A stretch of DNA of 64,000 bases from an uncultured Acidobacteriota bacterium (GTDB taxonomy: Bacteria > Acidobacteriota > Terriglobia > UBA7540), in contig CAWDSK010000003.1 in assembly GCA_963804995.1 (NCBI GenBank), forward strand, positions 192,001 to 256,000, read 5' to 3'. Positions 60,266-64,000 of this stretch are shown here, in pieces. Position numbers and translations under genes: made by a program. The notes below the pieces were generated by a model, which had not been told where the DNA came from, made no database searches, and saw only the letters and a program-made list of their open reading frames with translations. Position 1 is the stretch's first letter; each line of letters starts with the position of its first letter.

Positions 60266-60446
60266 TCCCGCCCGTGTCCACTCACGGCCAAGACCCCGAT
60301 GGATCGGGGCAGGTAGGCCGTGGCACGTCAAATTGTGGCGGTGGCTTTGGCGGATCGTTTGGCGCATCAGGGTGAAGCGGCTTTTGCGGTCTACCCCGGC
60401 AAACCACCCCCCGAATCTGTGGGGTCCGCGACTGTTTTTTGAGCAT

Positions 60447-60517
60447 GTGGGACATGTCCCACTTGTTACTCTCCGCGGGGCATAGCGGGCGTTGTCCCAC
60501 CAACTTTCCCGCCTTCA
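60447..60517. repeat. GTGGGAC-rich intergenic element, copy 2
   Basis: Matches 16391-16460. Confidence 0.75.
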
Positions 60518-60571
60518 CACCATTTTCACCATGAGTTTTTGTCAACAGATTGCCGCGCTACGCGACGCTGC

Positions 60572-62674
60572 TCAGAATTTCCAATCGGTTGTAAGCCGCA
60601 CCGCATTGCCGCTCAGCACCCCCAGCGATTGCGCGCTGTTGTAATGCGTGTAACCCAAAGTGACCACCGTGTGTGGCCCGGTTCGCAGCGTCAAGCCAGG
60701 ACTGAGAAGCAGCGCACGCGTCAACGCGCCGTCATGCTCAATCTGTTGGACTCCTACGCCGCTGGAAAAGTCATATCCCAGTGGTCCGTGCAGTTTCCCG
60801 TGGATATGAGTGGTGACGTAGTGGCGTTGGTAAAAGTCGGGATTGAAAAAGCCCAGGAAAGGCTTCTGTGGACCTCCCAGGAAACCGTACAGGAGCCCGG
60901 AGTAACCCACGTCAAGAGCCCCCAGGCGTTTGCGGAAAATATTCCGGTTGAAAGTGAAGGAGGCGCCGCGCGCGCGGTTGTAATCGGCCTCATGCCTCAC
61001 AGCCTCCGTTTGCCCGTTGTCGATTAACACGTGGTCGTACACCAAGGTGGAGCTGGTCGACAGGAAGGAATCCAGATTCAGTTCCGTACGGGAATTGAAG
61101 CGGTAGTTAAGCCCTGCTGAGGCACGGTCCTCCATGACCCCCAGCCGCACCGCCATCGGCGTATAGGCAAGCGCTGACCGCGCTGCAGTCAGATTCAGCG
61201 TCAGCTTCTTGCGCAGGGCATAGCTCAGGTTGATGAAGCCGAGCGGGCGGAATCCCGCTGTGCGAATCGGTTCTTCCGCCGTAGAAATCCCGGCGAGTTC
61301 GCCCGGTCCAAATCGCGTCAGGCCAACTCCGCCGCGCAGGGTGATCCGGGGGGTTAGATAAGTGGTTTGCCGGTAGAGAAACTCCGATGGCCCCACGGCG
61401 CCTTCGACCCCTCCGCTGGGGCTATTGGAAGGAAGGTAATACAACGACACGTAGGAATCCGACCGGCGTAGCGCTGAGAAACCCAACGTCGTTTCGTATC
61501 CAAAAGCCCGCAAGTCCTCAGTGGTGGAGGGATCTCCCGAGCTGATTTCCCGTGCGAAGGAAGCGGAGGTGTGCAGAGTAATCCGAGACTCGTCGTGAAT
61601 AGCGCTGGCCAGATCGCGCGCTTCGTCGTTCCGAGGGTTGAGAGCCCCCACTCTGTCCAGAAGGGCTTCGGCTTTCCTGGTGTTATGCAGCGCACGTTCA
61701 AGGTTGGCGAGTAGAAGGAGTGTGGAGGTGTTGAGCGGATCATCTTCCTCCAATTTCGCCGCCAGGTTGTGCGCGTACTGCAGATCCCCGCGGTGATAGG
61801 CCACCAGAGCGTTGCCCCGCAAGGCGTCTCGATCCTTGGGGTCTCGGGCGATGAGGCGATTGAAGCGCACAAGAGCATCCGCCTGACGGTCTTCGCGAAT
61901 GTCCAGGTAAGCGAGTTGCAACTGCGCCTCGCGGTCCTGGGGATGGGAGGTTAATGCCACGCCCAGAATCTCTCGTGCTTCCGGGTTACGACCGAGGCGC
62001 ATCTCAAGCCGCGCCAGGTCCAGGGCGTATTCAGGGTTGGCAGGATATCGCTCCGCCAAGTCCTGCAAAATGGGCAACGCCGCCGAAGGGCAGCCTGCCC
62101 AAACGTATACACGGGCTATGCCTTCGAGGGCGTCGGTATCCTCAGCGCGCTCCCTGAGCATCCTCTGGTAGCTGGCGAGTGCGGTGTTGAATTGCCCGTC
62201 CAGCGCCAGAGTGCGAGCCAGCCCCACGGTCGCGTCGCGGTCATCCGGGGCAAGCTCCAGGGCCTGTTGATACGCGTTGATCGCATCTGCATAATCGCCG
62301 CGCCGCGCCTCCAGCATGGCCATTCCTTCCAGCGCCACCAGGTCAGTGGGATTCCGCGCGGCACGCTCTCGATAGAATTCTTCCACAATCGAACGTTGCT
62401 CTGGCGACTTGGCCGCTGCTTCGGGAGGCGCAGGGGAGTTTCGATCGCTGGCGGCCAGGAAATCCGGTGCAAAGAATAACGGTGCCGCCATGGCAACTAG
62501 TAAATACGCGAGTCTCCTTCTCCACTTTGCGCCCAAGGTAGCTCTTGAGCTGCGCTGAAACACTGACAGGCGGTGGCAAGCAAGGGATAAAAGGGCCGGC
62601 TGCCACTTCTTTCGAATGGGTGGTTGCCCATTCAGGTCGCGATTGGAAATATCAGTGGTAAGGTTGGTGAGCAT
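60572..62674 (-). CDS. TPR-repeat protein with probable C-terminal outer-membrane beta-barrel
   Basis: Multiple TPR motifs, then amphipathic beta strands ending in aromatic DWKF. Confidence 0.72.
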   Translation of the reverse strand: MLTNLTTDISNRDLNGQPPIRKKWQPALLSLACHRLSVFQRSSRATLGAKWRRRLAYLLVAMAAPLFFAPDFLAASDRNSPAPPEAAAKSPEQRSIVEEFYRERAARNPTDLVALEGMAMLEARRGDYADAINAYQQALELAPDDRDATVGLARTLALDGQFNTALASYQRMLRERAEDTDALEGIARVYVWAGCPSAALPILQDLAERYPANPEYALDLARLEMRLGRNPEAREILGVALTSHPQDREAQLQLAYLDIREDRQADALVRFNRLIARDPKDRDALRGNALVAYHRGDLQYAHNLAAKLEEDDPLNTSTLLLLANLERALHNTRKAEALLDRVGALNPRNDEARDLASAIHDESRITLHTSASFAREISSGDPSTTEDLRAFGYETTLGFSALRRSDSYVSLYYLPSNSPSGGVEGAVGPSEFLYRQTTYLTPRITLRGGVGLTRFGPGELAGISTAEEPIRTAGFRPLGFINLSYALRKKLTLNLTAARSALAYTPMAVRLGVMEDRASAGLNYRFNSRTELNLDSFLSTSSTLVYDHVLIDNGQTEAVRHEADYNRARGASFTFNRNIFRKRLGALDVGYSGLLYGFLGGPQKPFLGFFNPDFYQRHYVTTHIHGKLHGPLGYDFSSGVGVQQIEHDGALTRALLLSPGLTLRTGPHTVVTLGYTHYNSAQSLGVLSGNAVRLTTDWKF

Positions 62675-62711
62675 GACTTGCCTGACCTTTGGTGGAATGT
62701 GGGTCTAAAGT

Positions 62712-64000
62712 TCAGACGCCCACGTCGGCGCCGGCGTGAGCGACCTTTTCCCAACCGCGTTTGCCAAACAGAAACTTGAGGGCGCCTTGAAAGCGGTAAT
62801 ACAGAATCAATTGACGGTATCCGATGTTTTCGAACAAGGCGAATGCCAACAACGTCAGCAGGTCACGAAACCGCGGGTAACGGTGATAGGTAAGTTCTTC
62901 CAGAAGCACCGCCCCCACCGAGAGAAAGCCCCCGTAGATTAAACCCAGCAAAACAAATAGAACCAGAATGACGGGAGGAACAATGCCCAGAACAAATCCC
63001 AAGGGCACCAGAAGGTAACCGAGGAATTCCACCACCGATCCCAGTCCCTCAACGTAAGCGTGGAAAGGGTAGCTGAGCAGGCCAACGATTCCATATTTCC
63101 CCTTGAAGAGAATTTCGGCATGTTTCCAGAGGGTCTGGCAAAGGCCCAATTGCCAGCGGCGGCGCTGGTGCGCCAACATGCGGAAGGAAGAAGGGCACTC
63201 CGTCCAGCAAACAGGATCGGAGGTAAAAGACATACGGATATGGCGATTATTCTCCGCCCCCCATTGATGGAGCTGGACAACCAAATCCATGTCTTCGGTC
63301 ACCGTATCGTGACTGTAGCCACCCGCTTCCTCCACGGTGGCGTGATGGAAGACTGCAAACGCTCCGGACACGATCAGGGTCCCACCCAGGAGATGCCAAC
63401 CCGTCCGGCCGAAAAGAAAGCTGCGGAGGTATTCCACCACCTGAAATCGCTCCAGGATGCTGGGGGGCAGGCCCACCTTTACGACTCGGCCGTCTTGGGA
63501 TTCGCACCCGTTCAGGATACGCACGATGCCCCCGCTCACGACCGTTTCCTGGGTGGAATTGACGATCGGGTCCATGAGCCGGAGCAAGGCATCACCCTCG
63601 AGCAGGCAGTCGGCGTCCAGGTTGCAGAAGTAGGGTGTACGGCAGAGGTTAATCCCGGTGTTGAGGGCGTCAGGTTTGCCGCCGCGAATCTTGCTGACCA
63701 CGCGGAGGTTGGGGATATCGGGATTCATGTAAATGGCGCGAATAGGCGCGGTGGGTAAAACAGGATGGTAGGTCCAGTCCGTCTCCAGAAGCCCGAAACT
63801 CTCGACCAACCGCGCGAGGGTCGAGTCGGTTGAGCCATCGTCCACGACAATGACATTGAACCGCGGGTAGTCCACCTTAAGGGCGGAGCGAACCGAATTC
63901 GCAATCACCCCTTCCTCATTCCAGGCAGGAATAATGATGGTAACGGGAGGAGCCAGAGGAGACTCGCGCAAGGCATCCAGCCCCTGATAAGCCAGCCGGC
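62712..64000 (-). CDS. processive GT2 polysaccharide synthase (PgaC/IcaA/YaiP-like), 5' end outside window
   Basis: DDGSTD, GKPDALN, LDAD, TEDMD, QRRRW, C-terminal TM helices; frame open to the window edge. Confidence 0.88.
   Translation of the reverse strand, partial: RLAYQGLDALRESPLAPPVTIIIPAWNEEGVIANSVRSALKVDYPRFNVIVVDDGSTDSTLARLVESFGLLETDWTYHPVLPTAPIRAIYMNPDIPNLRVVSKIRGGKPDALNTGINLCRTPYFCNLDADCLLEGDALLRLMDPIVNSTQETVVSGGIVRILNGCESQDGRVVKVGLPPSILERFQVVEYLRSFLFGRTGWHLLGGTLIVSGAFAVFHHATVEEAGGYSHDTVTEDMDLVVQLHQWGAENNRHIRMSFTSDPVCWTECPSSFRMLAHQRRRWQLGLCQTLWKHAEILFKGKYGIVGLLSYPFHAYVEGLGSVVEFLGYLLVPLGFVLGIVPPVILVLFVLLGLIYGGFLSVGAVLLEELTYHRYPRFRDLLTLLAFALFENIGYRQLILYYRFQGALKFLFGKRGWEKVAHAGADVGV

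Overview
GC-rich bacterial chromosomal DNA. The gene content (Acidobacterial-type VWA protein, Tat-exported amidohydrolases, cytochrome c-PQQ fusion) suggests Acidobacteriota/Terriglobia; this is inference. Region 1-38 kb holds transport and metabolic genes: a MacAB-like ABC exporter, amidohydrolases, hydantoinase/oxoprolinase A and B, glycosylasparaginase, a duplicated CPBP protease, a degenerate ECF sigma-zinc-finger fusion, a cytochrome c-fused cytochrome bd-like pair, an M2 peptidase, PFK, tRNA-Arg(CCG) and a di-heme PQQ dehydrogenase. Region 41-64 kb is a minus-strand surface-polysaccharide locus (Wzx, Wzy/ligase, glycosyltransferases, two FkbM methyltransferases, an unusual rfbF-uxs-ugd-rfbC-reductase set) plus a TPR/beta-barrel protein and a processive GT2. 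The most striking feature is an apparently complete group II intron (39098-41010) inserted precisely into the last unit of a 5 x 167-bp tandem array of GTAG-REP doublets; its EBS1 loop is complementary to the REP. Intergenic DNA is dense with nested palindromes: REP-like cores inside at least four different TIR/TSD MITE shells, and one REP embedded in frame in a coding gene. Six genes carry single-base indels, probably long-read errors. All product calls come from motif recognition by eye, not database searches.
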